In this document: in pieces, positions 8,429 through 20,000 of the stretch
Numbering within the stretch: the stretch's first letter is position 1
How the letters are laid out: every line of letters begins with the position of its first letter
IMG/VR virus record: IMGVR_UViG_3300032301_000602
Location: 1-54,093 of that record
Origin: a virus
Taxonomy: Duplodnaviria > Caudoviricetes
Direction: 5' to 3' (one strand)
DNA: 54,093 nt
Made by a program: the position numbers and the translations under genes
Notes under the pieces: generated by a model
What the model saw: only the letters and a program-made list of their open reading frames with translations
Database searches by the model: none
What the model was told of the DNA's origin: nothing

Positions 8429-9295
8429 ATGAAGATCACAAACAAATTCAATTTGCCCCAGCCTTTTGTGGACTTGGTTAGCGGGGACACCTACAGCAAG
8501 GGAGAGTCAGACATCACCACTACGGGGCTGGCCCAACCTCCCAAGATTGCGGAACTAACTAGACGCCATGCTAGTGAGATCACGATGGACGCATCCGAGA
8601 AGGTGTGGACCATGATGGGCACGGCCAACCACTACGTCTTGGAACAGATCGCCCTCCGCAACCCCGAAAGATACGTTACCGAGCAACGCTTCTATTTGGA
8701 TATCGATGGGGTCAATTTGGGTGGACAGATCGACTTATTTGACCGCGAGACTGAAACTCTGTGGGACTATAAGGTCTCCAGCGTCTACAAGGCCATGAGC
8801 GATGACAAGCTGGAGTGGACCAAGCAAGCCAACGTCAACAAGCTCCTGTGCGAAAACAATGGATTCCACCCCAAGAAATTGGCCATCCTTTTGGTGATGA
8901 AGGACTGGAAGCGTAAGGATTCGGAATTCAAGGCTGACTATCCGAAGTGTGCCATCCAAGAAATCCCCCTACCCATTTGGAAGGAGGAGGAAACTTTGGC
9001 CTACATAAAATCCCGAATCAACTTGCACAACTCAGCAAAATTGATAGAAGTAGAGGATGCCATCCCTGTATGCACAGAAGAAGAGCGTTGGGCGAGACCC
9101 ACAACGTGGGCGGTCCTCAAGGAAAAAGGAGCGAAACGTGCCGTTGCTAACGGCATTTATGAATCAGAACCTGAAGCTATCGCTCACGCCAAGCGAATAT
9201 CTGGTGCCATTGAAAAACGGGATGGGTCAAATCCGCGCTGTGAAAACTATTGCCAAGTGCGCCAGTGGTGCAACTTTGGAAGAAACCTAAAATAA
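8429..9295 (+). CDS. PD-(D/E)XK exonuclease (Cas4/RecB-like phage recombination nuclease)
   Basis: GTANH..LE, EQRF, GQIDL, WDYK, Q..VN, C-terminal RCENYC..C. Confidence 0.8.
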   Translation: MKITNKFNLPQPFVDLVSGDTYSKGESDITTTGLAQPPKIAELTRRHASEITMDASEKVWTMMGTANHYVLEQIALRNPERYVTEQRFYLDIDGVNLGGQIDLFDRETETLWDYKVSSVYKAMSDDKLEWTKQANVNKLLCENNGFHPKKLAILLVMKDWKRKDSEFKADYPKCAIQEIPLPIWKEEETLAYIKSRINLHNSAKLIEVEDAIPVCTEEERWARPTTWAVLKEKGAKRAVANGIYESEPEAIAHAKRISGAIEKRDGSNPRCENYCQVRQWCNFGRNLK

Positions 9296-9299
9296 AACT

Positions 9300-9536
9300 A
9301 TGAAAAAGAAATTCAGCAAAACAGTAACCAACCCCGAAACAGGGCGGAAGAAAACCGTGAAGTATGGGGCTAAGGGAAGTAAGATCGGGCCGATTGGTAG
9401 TCCCAGAGCGGATGCCTACTGTGCCCGTAGCAATAAAATCAAGGGTGACTGGCGGAGTGATCCGAATTCGCCCAACAAGCTTTCCCGCAAAAAGTGGGGA
9501 TGTAGTGGAAGTAAATCAGTTAAGAAAGGAAAGTAA
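9300..9536 (+). CDS. Small basic phage protein
   Basis: KTVKYGAKG..RADAYCARS..SRKKWGC. Confidence 0.7.
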   Translation: MKKKFSKTVTNPETGRKKTVKYGAKGSKIGPIGSPRADAYCARSNKIKGDWRSDPNSPNKLSRKKWGCSGSKSVKKGK

Positions 9537-9540
9537 TACT

Positions 9541-9678
9541 ATGAAGAAAAAAGGACTCTACGATAATATCAACGCAAGGAAGAAGTCTGGCACTAGCCGC
9601 CCAAAATCTAAATCTACTATCGACCCCAAGGTCTATAAGAAGATGAAGAGCAAAAAGGGCGGGTTCAAAGAAAAATGA
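9541..9678 (+). CDS. Small basic phage protein
   Basis: MKKKGLYDNINARKKSGTSRPKSKSTI.. Confidence 0.65.
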   Translation: MKKKGLYDNINARKKSGTSRPKSKSTIDPKVYKKMKSKKGGFKEK

Positions 9679-9896
9679 GACGCCACCCCGATGACCGCAT
9701 CATGGCAACCAAGGACTTCATCAACGAGTTGTCCAAGGTTCAGGATCGCTATTTCAAGAAACTCTGCCGCAAGTTACATCTCCCCAAGGAGACTGAAGAC
9801 TACCTCTTCGACTACGTCTTCAATGACAGGGGGGATGTAACATTTGGTGAGTATCTAGATTCTCTGGGTCGGGGTGATCTCTGGGAAGGTTTGTGA
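9675..9896 (+). CDS. Hypothetical protein
   Basis: 73 aa, overlap-coupled on both sides. Confidence 0.55.
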   Translation: MRRHPDDRIMATKDFINELSKVQDRYFKKLCRKLHLPKETEDYLFDYVFNDRGDVTFGEYLDSLGRGDLWEGL

Positions 9897-10666
9897 CCCT
9901 AAACATATTCACGATTGTCCTTGATGGGGCTCCGTGGATAGGGGCTCAGTTTGCCGAGTTGTGTCGGCTTCGGGATTTTGACTGGCACTGGTCAATAGTA
10001 GAGGGGGTTAGTCTGCCCAAAGCTGACACCTCATGGATGGGGAATCAGGGGGCCAAGGTTAGCCATGATGGGACCAACCAGTTTCTTTCAGGGTTGGCAA
10101 GTCATCCAAGAATCACAGTCAACTCCCGTCCCCAGTGGAATGGAAAGACCGAGATGATCAATGCGGCGTTAACAGGTTTCAAGGAAGATGGCATCCTCCT
10201 TCAAATGGATAGCGACGAGATCTGGACCGCTGATCAGATGCGGAGATTGGTTGGCCTATTCACCGCAAATCCCGAAATAAATACAGTTAAAGTCACAATG
10301 GATTACATGCTTGGACCCAATGTAATCTCTACCTCCACCAATGGTTACGGCAACAGAAGCAATGAGTGGGTTCGGGCTTGGCGTTACCAGCGTGGGCTCT
10401 GGATGGAGTGCCATGAACCACCCCGCTTCAATGGTAACAGGGGAGAGGTTTGCGAGGATTGCGAGATTGGGAAGATTCTTCACATGGCATGGGTAACCCC
10501 GCAACAGGTTGCCCTCAAACAACGTATATACAAGGGTGGATACGAAAATGCTGTAGACAACTGGACAAGCCTTCAAAATAACAAGGAGTGGCCAGTCAAG
10601 GATCTAAAATCCTTTCTTCCTTGGGTCGGTCCCAACGGTAGTGCTGATTTGTTGTTTGACTCCTAG
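9893..10666 (+). CDS. GT-A fold (GT2-like) glycosyltransferase
   Basis: WSIVEG..SHDGT, GKTEMIN, LLQMDSDEIW (DxD), ILHMAW. Confidence 0.7.
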   Translation: MTLNIFTIVLDGAPWIGAQFAELCRLRDFDWHWSIVEGVSLPKADTSWMGNQGAKVSHDGTNQFLSGLASHPRITVNSRPQWNGKTEMINAALTGFKEDGILLQMDSDEIWTADQMRRLVGLFTANPEINTVKVTMDYMLGPNVISTSTNGYGNRSNEWVRAWRYQRGLWMECHEPPRFNGNRGEVCEDCEIGKILHMAWVTPQQVALKQRIYKGGYENAVDNWTSLQNNKEWPVKDLKSFLPWVGPNGSADLLFDS

Positions 10667-10684
10667 TTACAAGTAAGCTAGGAT
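10656..10684 (+). promoter_or_regulatory. Sigma70-like promoter for the virion-protein operon
   Basis: TTGACT-N17-TAGGAT, 10 nt before ATG 10695. Confidence 0.65.
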
Positions 10685-10694
10685 TTGGGGCAAA

Positions 10695-11669
10695 ATGTCA
10701 TCACTTTCGCTTGGACTTGCCATAGAGAGACTCCCCTCTTCCGTCATTCCCGTTGCAGATCCTCCTGATCTGGCGGGGTTTGATGCTGGGGTTGAACTGC
10801 GTAACAACATCAACCGCTTTCTGGAACGGGTGTTGAGCGAGGGCAAGTGGGAAGGCACTGTGGTTCAGGCACTTATCTCAGCCTACGAAGATGTGGATGA
10901 GAACAAGTTTATCACTTTGCCCCGTCACTTGGAAACTTGCTTGCGTGGCGGTCAACTGGGCTACAAGACCCGCGCCGTTCAGAGCGAATGGTATCAGTAC
11001 TTACCCCAAGGGCGGGGCATCCGTAAAGAAGATCAGGCTTACTTTGGTCCGTTGCAGGACATGGGGAGTGGGTTTCTTACGTTTCGGGATTTGCTTACTC
11101 CGTCAACCCTAACTGTTTCCACCGATCAAACCGAATGTGCCGGATCTGAGATCATCATTCGCGGAAAAGATTCCAGTGGCAACAAGATCTATTCTTTAGT
11201 GGATGGAGAGCCGATTGAGGGAATTAGGTTCGACATGGCCACCGGAACCCAGACTTCTGCCCAAACATTTGCGGAGATCTATGGTGTGGAGAAGACCCTG
11301 ACCAAGGGCAACATCACGCTTGCTGCTGGCGCAACCACCCTCGCTAAATACGAGGCAGGGGAGAGGGCGATAAACTATCGTCGCTATCTGGTAGACAAGA
11401 GTTGGGATGCCGTCCAAGGTATTTTCAAACGCCGCCATGTGTGGGCAGTGAGCGACAATGATCCCCTCTATCCCGACAACCTAGAGGCAATCAAGCTTGG
11501 TCTCATGGCCCTGAACGCCGAAGACAAAGCGGATGTTGAGCGCGGCCAATACTACATGGACAGAGCGATTCTACTTTTAAACGCCGAACTAAAAGAGTAT
11601 AACGCAGGGCAAGAAGGGGTTATGCAAATCGCCCCTTGGCTAACCCGACGAATGATTAACATGACCTAA
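10695..11669 (+). CDS. Putative tail/adaptor structural protein
   Basis: 324 aa; helical ends around a beta core; heads the internal-virion operon (inference from position). Confidence 0.45.
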   Translation: MSSLSLGLAIERLPSSVIPVADPPDLAGFDAGVELRNNINRFLERVLSEGKWEGTVVQALISAYEDVDENKFITLPRHLETCLRGGQLGYKTRAVQSEWYQYLPQGRGIRKEDQAYFGPLQDMGSGFLTFRDLLTPSTLTVSTDQTECAGSEIIIRGKDSSGNKIYSLVDGEPIEGIRFDMATGTQTSAQTFAEIYGVEKTLTKGNITLAAGATTLAKYEAGERAINYRRYLVDKSWDAVQGIFKRRHVWAVSDNDPLYPDNLEAIKLGLMALNAEDKADVERGQYYMDRAILLLNAELKEYNAGQEGVMQIAPWLTRRMINMT

Positions 11670-11674
11670 TTACT

Positions 11675-12988
11675 ATGGCTACAAAGAAAGACGAAGAGCC
11701 AATTAAACCGCAACCCGCAGTAAATGCTGGTGACGCTGTTGCGTCTAGTCTTTTTGGTGGTGTGGGGTTCCAGCCTATCGGAGAAACATTTTCTAATTTG
11801 GGAAGATCGATTATATCTGGTCAAAACCCAACAATGATGGCTGGTAGTGCTGGAGCGAATCCACTTGTTGCCTCTGGTGTTCCCAATTTTCCCTCTGGTT
11901 TAAGTTTGGGACCGCTTGTTAATACCAGCAGATTTTCTGGCCCTCCAAGCGAAAGACCCGATTGGCGCGACCCCGCTCAACAATGGGATATGATGCGTCC
12001 AACAACCCCCGTTGGCCCATCAACAGTTGGTAGCGGCAGAACAATTTCTCAGGCAGACGCCATTGCTCAAAACAATGCAAATATGACTGAGAATCAAAGG
12101 AGGGGATACGGCCTTCTTTCTTTGAGCCCTTCAAGTGCGGACGTTGCTATGGCGGTTTATCGTGGGGCTCCCAGTGGAATTGCAGGAGGTGTTGCCCCCA
12201 CCGCGCTCTCTCCATCATTTGATCAGGGTATCGCATCATCAAGATTTGGTATAGCCCAATCGCTTAATCAGGCCCCAATGGCTCCCGTCTCAACTAATAT
12301 TGCTGGTGCTACAGAAAGAAAGGGTATTCAAACAGCTTATGGAATGATCTATCCAGCAGCAGGTCAAGAGGCTGGTGCGGAGCGTTCTGCCGCCTTGGGA
12401 CCGATGGGGGCCAGACTGGCCAATGTTCGACAGGAATTAAACCAAGCTGACAAGATTGCACAGATGCGCGAACGTGGAACGGCCATTGGGCAAAGCTTGG
12501 CAAATAGACAGGAAGCATACTTCGCACAAAAACGAGCCGAGCGTGGTGCGCTGGGGGTAGCGGAGTCTGCCGCAAGAACTGCTGGAGCAAGTTCCATGGA
12601 TGTTATGAGGGCTAGGGGCGCAGCAAGCGGTCCCTCGACCATTGGCGGAATTCAGGAACAATTCGCGTCTTATCAGCCAGTAGTTGGTCCAACCGCCCCA
12701 ACAAGTCTTTACGCCAGTGGCTCCGCCTCTCGCTTTACGGAATCACTTCCCGCTGGTGGATTTAGTTCTACAAGATCTGGCTCCATGGGTCTTAGTGGCT
12801 ACGATCTTTACAGGCAACAGCAAAGGGACAAGATGGCCCGTGGAGAATCTGGCGCATTTTCAAATACCAGATCAAGACAGCGCAGGGCAACCGCAGGAAT
12901 TGCTAGGTCTCAGGGTCTTGCTCCAGCAACGAACTACAGTTCTCAACTTGATCAAGAGGAATATTTTCGTCGCAGAAATTTAGCGTAA
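11675..12988 (+). CDS. Putative internal virion (ejection) protein
   Basis: Ala/Gly/Ser/Gln-rich, no Cys, upstream of the giant protein. Confidence 0.5.
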   Translation: MATKKDEEPIKPQPAVNAGDAVASSLFGGVGFQPIGETFSNLGRSIISGQNPTMMAGSAGANPLVASGVPNFPSGLSLGPLVNTSRFSGPPSERPDWRDPAQQWDMMRPTTPVGPSTVGSGRTISQADAIAQNNANMTENQRRGYGLLSLSPSSADVAMAVYRGAPSGIAGGVAPTALSPSFDQGIASSRFGIAQSLNQAPMAPVSTNIAGATERKGIQTAYGMIYPAAGQEAGAERSAALGPMGARLANVRQELNQADKIAQMRERGTAIGQSLANRQEAYFAQKRAERGALGVAESAARTAGASSMDVMRARGAASGPSTIGGIQEQFASYQPVVGPTAPTSLYASGSASRFTESLPAGGFSSTRSGSMGLSGYDLYRQQQRDKMARGESGAFSNTRSRQRRATAGIARSQGLAPATNYSSQLDQEEYFRRRNLA

Positions 12989-12991
12989 TTT

Positions 12992-14074
12992 ATGGCTGAA
13001 GAATTTACAGGAGTCCCAGCAGCAATGACGCCCCAAGAAATACAGGCTGGCGTTTTTGAGCGTCTTGGATTTGATCCGCAGCAAGCGCAATCCTTTGGCT
13101 ACAATGTGGCATCCGATGGAACCCCGACTTATCCCAAGAGCCGCCGCAAGATGAGGATGGAGGAGGAGTTTAGAAAGCTCCAACAAGAAGAGCTTCAGAA
13201 TCAAAGGCTCATGCAGCAAATGGACATAGAGCAAAAGGAATTGACGCTTAGAGAGTTGGAGCAGCAAGGGCGCATGGAGGATAGGGACATTGCAAGAGAT
13301 GCGGCGTTGGCAAAGGCCGCTCGCGATGCAAAAATTAAAGAGCAATCCCGAAACATAAGAGCAGCGTTTCTTGGCTCAACCCTTCCAGATGGAACAAAAC
13401 TTAATCCAATCAATTTAGAAGATGCGGATTCTCCAGAGAGAATTCAGCGCACCATGTACATGAATGAATACGGCTTGGAGGATCAGGCGACAAAAGAAAT
13501 GGCCAACATGTTTTTGGATGATGCATTTCGTATTAGGGAGAAACGAGCAACCGAAGTTGCCGAACAAGAAAAAGCAGACAAGGCCGCGAGGGTTGGGCTT
13601 GCCAAAGATCTTGGTTCATACGGACTGAGCATTGTTGATTTTGCGGAAAATGGCAAAATAGATTTTGAAAAAGCAAATGAAGCGGTTGGTAAGGCTTATG
13701 CGTCAGGGAAACAAGCCGAAGAAGAAAAGGCTTTAAGCAAGGAGCAACGCAAATCAATTGTCACAAAGATAGATAGTGCCGAAGAGAAGCTTTTGGGCAT
13801 TCGGGGCCGTGAGGCAGCGGCTCAAAAAAGACTTGAAGCAAGGCCAAACAGCAGTGAATACCGAACAGAACTTGAAGCGGCACAACTGGAGCGCGGGATT
13901 TTTGAAGACGAGATCAACAGATTGAATCGTATGATTGGTGGTGGGGCTGTTCCGGCGCAGGCGGCGGGAGGTGGGGAGCCGCAAAGCTTTGATAACGTAG
14001 AAGCGGCTGAAGCTGCCAAGCTGCCCAAAGGAACTATTGTTGTAATTGGTGGACGCCGAGCTAGAATAGACTAA
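12992..14074 (+). CDS. Putative internal virion (ejection) protein
   Basis: Coiled-coil, C-term EAAEAAKLPKGTIVVIGG. Confidence 0.5.
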   Translation: MAEEFTGVPAAMTPQEIQAGVFERLGFDPQQAQSFGYNVASDGTPTYPKSRRKMRMEEEFRKLQQEELQNQRLMQQMDIEQKELTLRELEQQGRMEDRDIARDAALAKAARDAKIKEQSRNIRAAFLGSTLPDGTKLNPINLEDADSPERIQRTMYMNEYGLEDQATKEMANMFLDDAFRIREKRATEVAEQEKADKAARVGLAKDLGSYGLSIVDFAENGKIDFEKANEAVGKAYASGKQAEEEKALSKEQRKSIVTKIDSAEEKLLGIRGREAAAQKRLEARPNSSEYRTELEAAQLERGIFEDEINRLNRMIGGGAVPAQAAGGGEPQSFDNVEAAEAAKLPKGTIVVIGGRRARID

Positions 14075-17000
14075 TGGCCATCACCTTCCTAGATGAAGAA
14101 GAGGATATTGTTGCCGCCACCGAACCCCCCAAGGGTGGTGGCGGGATTACATTTCTAGACGAGGAAGTACCAACCGCCCCAACTCAAGAGCGGCCAAAGA
14201 TTACCTTTTTAGACGAAGAGCCCGAGGCGAAGACTCCCGCTCCCGTTGGCACATCCTTTATTGAGGAGCTTGCTGCTATACCGCAAGCCATCAAGCAGTC
14301 TATCGACCAACCCCTTGAGGCCATGGGGGAAACAGCAGAGGTGTTGGGAGCTTCGGGTCTTGGGGGTACTCTTCGTGGGGCTATTGAGGGACCAGAGGAC
14401 TATGTCCCCGCATCACAGAGATTCATGGAGCCCCAAGAGGGAGAGTTTCAGGTTGCGGGATTTGCTCCCCAGTTCTTGCCCCGCGCTATTGTGGAGCAGG
14501 CAGGACAAATTGGCGGAGCAATACTAACAAGGGCTGGAGGTATGGCTATTGGTGGACTGGCTGGATCGGCCCTTGGCCCCAAAGGAACCGCAGCAGGTGC
14601 TGTGGCTGGTGCTTTTATTGGACCCGCTCTTTTTGAAATGGGACAAATTGTTGGACCTGTGGCCCGTGAACGTGCGGCCAATCAGGGACGAGAAGAGCCC
14701 ACTACCGATGACTTGGCTTGGGCTTGGGCTACCGCTGGAGCTAGTGGTGCGCTTAATGCTGTCGGTGCCAAGTACATACCGGGAGGCGACAAGCTTACCG
14801 GAAGCCTTGCCAAGAGGATTTCGACGGCCATTGCTGGTGAAGGTTCTACCGAGGGGGCGCAAGCTGTGGTTCAGCAGACGGGACAAACCTTTCTTACTGA
14901 GCAGGGGTTTGAGATTAAACCCAAGGAGATTGTCGGAGAGACTATTATTGGTGGTGGTGCTGGCGGGGCAGCGGTGGCGGCAACGGCCCCGTTTACAAAA
15001 GCTGCTGCTGCTGCTGAGACTAAGGTGGTGGCAGAGCAGGTTGCGCCCATCGCGCCTGAAACCGCACAAGCTGTTAGTGAACAGGCCAATCAGGTAATGC
15101 AAGAGGCTCAAGCCGACGAGAATGCCGAAACCCCTGAACAACGAGTAGCCCGTCTTCAAGAAGAAGCTACCGCAGCAGCAGGAATAGAACTAGAAGAAGA
15201 AGTTCCTGTTTCGGGGTTGCCTCCTCAACCCGTCACCCCCACAGAAGGGGTTACCGGAACAACGGCGAGTGTTCCCGTGATGATCACCCGAAAAATGGAG
15301 GCTGACCTACTTTCTCGCGGACTAACTCAGGAACAGGTAAACGCCATGACCCCGCAGGAGGCTAACGACATGTTAGCACAACCCGTGCCCACAGCAGAAG
15401 GCGCAGTAGCCCCTGTAGAGCCAGTAGTTGAGCCAGTATCAGCAGAGCCGCAGCCTGCCGCAATAGTTCCCGCAGGAACGAAAGAGGAGCAAGATTTAAG
15501 TGCCGCGCAAGAGCGAGTAAAGAAGGCACAAGAGGTTGTTGATAGGGTTCGGGATTTGCCCGAAGACAATCCAGAAGTAATGGCGGCATATACCGAGAGA
15601 ACGGAATCACGGAATAATCTGATTCGTTCAGAGGTTGCCGTCCGTCATCCCAATTCAAAAAACATCAGCAGTGAAGAGAGGGCTTTTCTTGCCCCGCTCC
15701 AAGAACTTGCTCCATTGCGTCCAGACGAAGAGCCACTAACCGAGGGTAAAAAATGGCGCAAGGGTGAAGAGGTTGGATACAATGAGAATGTAGGGACAAT
15801 CACCAAGGCAATCCCGCCAGAGGGTCAGTCCAATGTCTTATACCGAGTTGTTACCAAAGAAGACTATGAGCGCATTCTTGCCGCTGGACAGATCGACTCC
15901 GATATGCGTGGAGCCATCACGCCAGACGAGGGAATAAACCTAACGCCTAAAACCGCCACAGCAGCCTATTATCTTCCGCGAGGCGAGACTGGGGTTATTA
16001 TTGCCATTGATACAACAGGTCTGGATCTCAACTTTATTCAAAGTGATTCGTATGTTCGCTCGTTCAAGCCAATTCCCGCAGACAAGATTGTTGGCCGATC
16101 CGACTTTATCCATAAGGACGCCGAAACAGGAGACTACTTACTTCGTCCGCAAGACAATGATCCCGTAACCAACGAGCCCGCATCCATCGTCAACTATACC
16201 AAAGCTGCCCCGACTCCCAAAGCCGCCCCCACAGCGACTCCTCCCGTCGAGGTTGCTCCTGAAACCCCGAATCTTGAACCTCTACGCCGAGTAGCAAGAG
16301 CAGAACAAGCCCCAGAAGATGTTCCTTCTTTGGTGGATGCGGGGTTGGTCGAGGTGTATAAAGATCAGCCAGTGCTTACCGAGGCAGGGATTGCCCTGTT
16401 GCCCGAAGCAGAACGCCCAAGGCTGAACCCCGAAGCCCGAAAGATCCAGATCGACACAGGATCAAACGAAGTAGTAGCCGAAGCCATCGCGAAGGGTCTT
16501 CGTATCGGGGTGGATCAGGTGGGATTCAATGTGCGTATGCCAGCAGGCTGGACGCTGGATGGAGATATCTATGTTCCTCCCACACCGCAGGAAGTAGCTC
16601 CCGAAACTGCAACATTTGCAAAAGGTGAAATGGTTCGCGTCACTAATAGGGTTCCCACTTATGAGGGTGGGCGAGTTGTTGGCGGAAGAGATGAGTTGGT
16701 TGCGGGATCGGTCACTCGCATAATGCCAGATGGCAAAGTTGAAGTAAGGCTACAGCGCGGGGGATACCAAACGCTTGCACCGAATGAAGTTCAGAAAATA
16801 GAAAGGCCAGCCCCCGAAGCAAGAGAATCCCGCAGGGAACCCTCTGTCGAGATGCGGCAGCAATACGCTCCCAAGACCGAAGAGGAGCAAGCATCATTTG
16901 ATAAAGCATCGTCAAACAAGGTGCTGGCGCGAAGCCCTCAACTTGCAGTAGCCGCAGTCAGGATGAAGAACGGCGAGATCACTGCTGGTGAGTACGCCGA

Positions 17001-20000
17001 CTTGGTGGATGCCATCGATCCGTTTACGGCCAAGGGCGCAGATCCCATCCCGACTAATGAGAAGATCTATCAATACATGTCCAAGACCATGGGGGCCAGC
17101 CCGAACACCGAGGAGGGCAGGGCAAAAATTCAAAAGATTGGCGCAGCAATTACGAGTGGCAAGGTTGTTGAATTCCGCATTGATATTCCCACATACAACG
17201 AATCAACAAAAGCTGGAGACACTGTATATTCTGTTACCGCCCATGAGCCAGTTTCCGAAACGGCAAAACAAGTAGGAAAGACGATCTCTCATCTTGGTAT
17301 TGCGAAAGTCACTAATCCGACTTTTATGAATCGCGCCATTTCTGGCAAAGGCGCAGCAGTTGCTATTGCCGCTGGTGCTGGCAAGTTCCCGCTGGCTACA
17401 GTGAAGGGTAACTACGAACCAATCACCGATCTCCCCGCAGACATCAATGATCCTAACGTCTGGACTGAGGCTGGCTACAACCCGATCCGTTCTAGTTTCT
17501 TTGTGGACACCCGCAGCAAGGATGCTGTGGTTGGTGGATCTGAAGCCATTATGGTTGGCTCCCGTGTGTTTGTTAAGGATGCAGTTTTGGAGCCTCGCCC
17601 CACTGGAGTCACGATGGGTGAGCGTTATGCCAAGATCCAGATGCCGCGCCCTGCTGGCATGGAGACCGAAGCAGTAGCGACCAAGCTGGAGTCTTTGGGA
17701 TTCGGGCGGGGTGGGATCGTATCGGTGGTCAATGAACCCGATGCTTCCTTTGAAGGCCGCACTATTATCCGAGATGGGAAGGTAGTTGGCATTGAGCTAA
17801 ACGCCGCAGCCCTGAAAGACGATGCGGCTGTTGAGCGAGTCCTAAACCATGAGATTGCGGAATCCGCCAATGCCGATGGAGCATTGAATGCTTTGGTTGC
17901 GGGGTTGACCCCGAAAGAAAGAAAAGAAATCAACGATGCCATCACTAGGTTGGGCTACGCAGAGAAGGCCAGAACCGCCGAGGAAGCCGCCAGAGCCGTC
18001 GAGCTATTAGCCGAAGGATGGAGGGGCAGGAAGTGGTTTGATCGCGCCGTAGCGCGTGTTGAGGCATGGGCCAACAAGCTTGGTTACAAGCTCACCCGCC
18101 GAGCCGCCGAATACATTGCGGCCAGAAACATGGCAGAAGTCAATGACGCTTTCCGTAAACGGACAATTGCCGATGCGCTGGCTAACTTAAAGGGGGCAAG
18201 AAGGGTTGACTTCAATGGACTTAGCGCCGTCTTGATTCCTCCGAGCGAGATGGGGTTTGCTTACTCTATCGCCGCATACCATGGCACTCCGCATGAGATT
18301 AAAGGAAGGTTTCTTACATCTAAGATCGGAACTGGTGAAGGGGCGACAGCCTACGGATGGGGGCTATACTTTGCAGAAAATGTTGAGGTAGCTAAAGAAT
18401 ACAGAGAAAGACTTTCTCGCGGGCAATATGCTTTGATTTACAAAGGCGTTCCAGTCCACGAACTTCCAAGCCAACAGAAAAATGTAATTCTTAAACTTGT
18501 TGCTGGAATTCCCAAAGAAACAATTGTTGGAGATCTTGAGTCTAGCCTTAGAAGGCAAGAAGAATCCAAGCCAGAGGATTGGGCTGTCCCAGAAAACAGA
18601 GAAAGAGTTATAGCGGATCTTAAAGAAGAGATTGAAATAGCTAGAGAAATAGAAAAATCAAATATCAAGCCACGTTCCGCTGGTAATCTTTACACTGTAG
18701 AAATTGATGTAAACCCAGAAGAACTTTTTGATTGGGATAAAACATTTCCAGAACAAAATGAAAAAGTAAAAACGGCAATCCGCAATATTCTTGGAGATGA
18801 TGTTGTTGATTTTATATTGAAATCAACAAACAAGAACAGAAATGGCGGATGGTTCTATGAGATGATTGGTGGGTCAACCGATGCCAAGACCGAAGCCACC
18901 TCAAAGAAAGCCGCATCAGAACTTTTATTCAATAATGGAATTAATGGCATCAAATATCTTGACCAAGGAAGCAGAGATGCTGGAGAGGGCAGTAGTAATT
19001 TTGTAATATTCGATGAAAACCTAATCAAGATCACTGCAAGAAATGGCAGAGAGATAGACATCCGCGAATCCCGAAGAGAAGACGCTATCCCCACCTTCTC
19101 CGAGGGAAGCCCCGAAGCATCTACTCTTTCCAACATGAAGGAGTCTATGGCCAAAGTGGATGCGGCGTCCGAGGGCAAGCCAAACCCCGAAAACAAACCC
19201 ACCTACAAGATCAGCGAGATAGCCTCTGTCTGGATGGATCAGGGTGGAGATATCCGCCAACTCCAAGATCTTATTTCGGAGAATACCAATCTTACCCCAA
19301 CCAATGCAGCAAAGGTGGCCAATGCCATTGCCAAGCAATACGATATTCAGCAGTCCATCGCTACAGCATTCATTGAAACCCAAACGGGACTATCTGTTGA
19401 GGCACTGCCAGAGGGTGTGACCCTTCCCAAAGAGGTTGACCCTGATCGTCCGAAGCCCGTCATGTCTCGTCTATTTGATGTGTTCATGGGGGTTCGGGTT
19501 CCCCCCGTCAAGATTCAGGTCAATGAAAAGGCCGCGCTTAAAGATCAGATCCGACTCAAGGCCGCAGCCAACCGAGCAGCTAAAGCAGAGCAGAAGCGCA
19601 CCGCAGAAGAGGTTGTTGAGATCATCAAGGCCATGGAACTGCTTGGCCCCGTGCGTCCGAAGCAGGTTCAGGCTTTAGCTAAACGCGCAGCCCGTGTCAT
19701 TTGGACAAGCGAAAAGAGTGTCGAGGCTTTCTCTGAATACGCCGCCAAGGTGGTCGAGAATACCAACTACGATGCCGATCTCCGCGAGGCCAAGGATGCA
19801 CAGAAGCGAGCCAAACAACTTTCAACTCAAAAGAAGGTGGCGATGGGTCCGCAGCGCGAAGTGCTTGGAGACATTAGCAAGATCCCCGTCAATAAGCTGG
19901 ACGATCCCCGCATGTTTGCCGAGGCCGTGAACTACTACTTGCGTGGATTCAAGGCGGTGTTGTCACCTGATTATGTGGTCATTCCCGATGCCGAGATGGA

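Noticed and set aside
8429-9295. CRISPR-associated Cas4
   Set aside because: No cas1/cas2 or array; the context is a phage recombination block.
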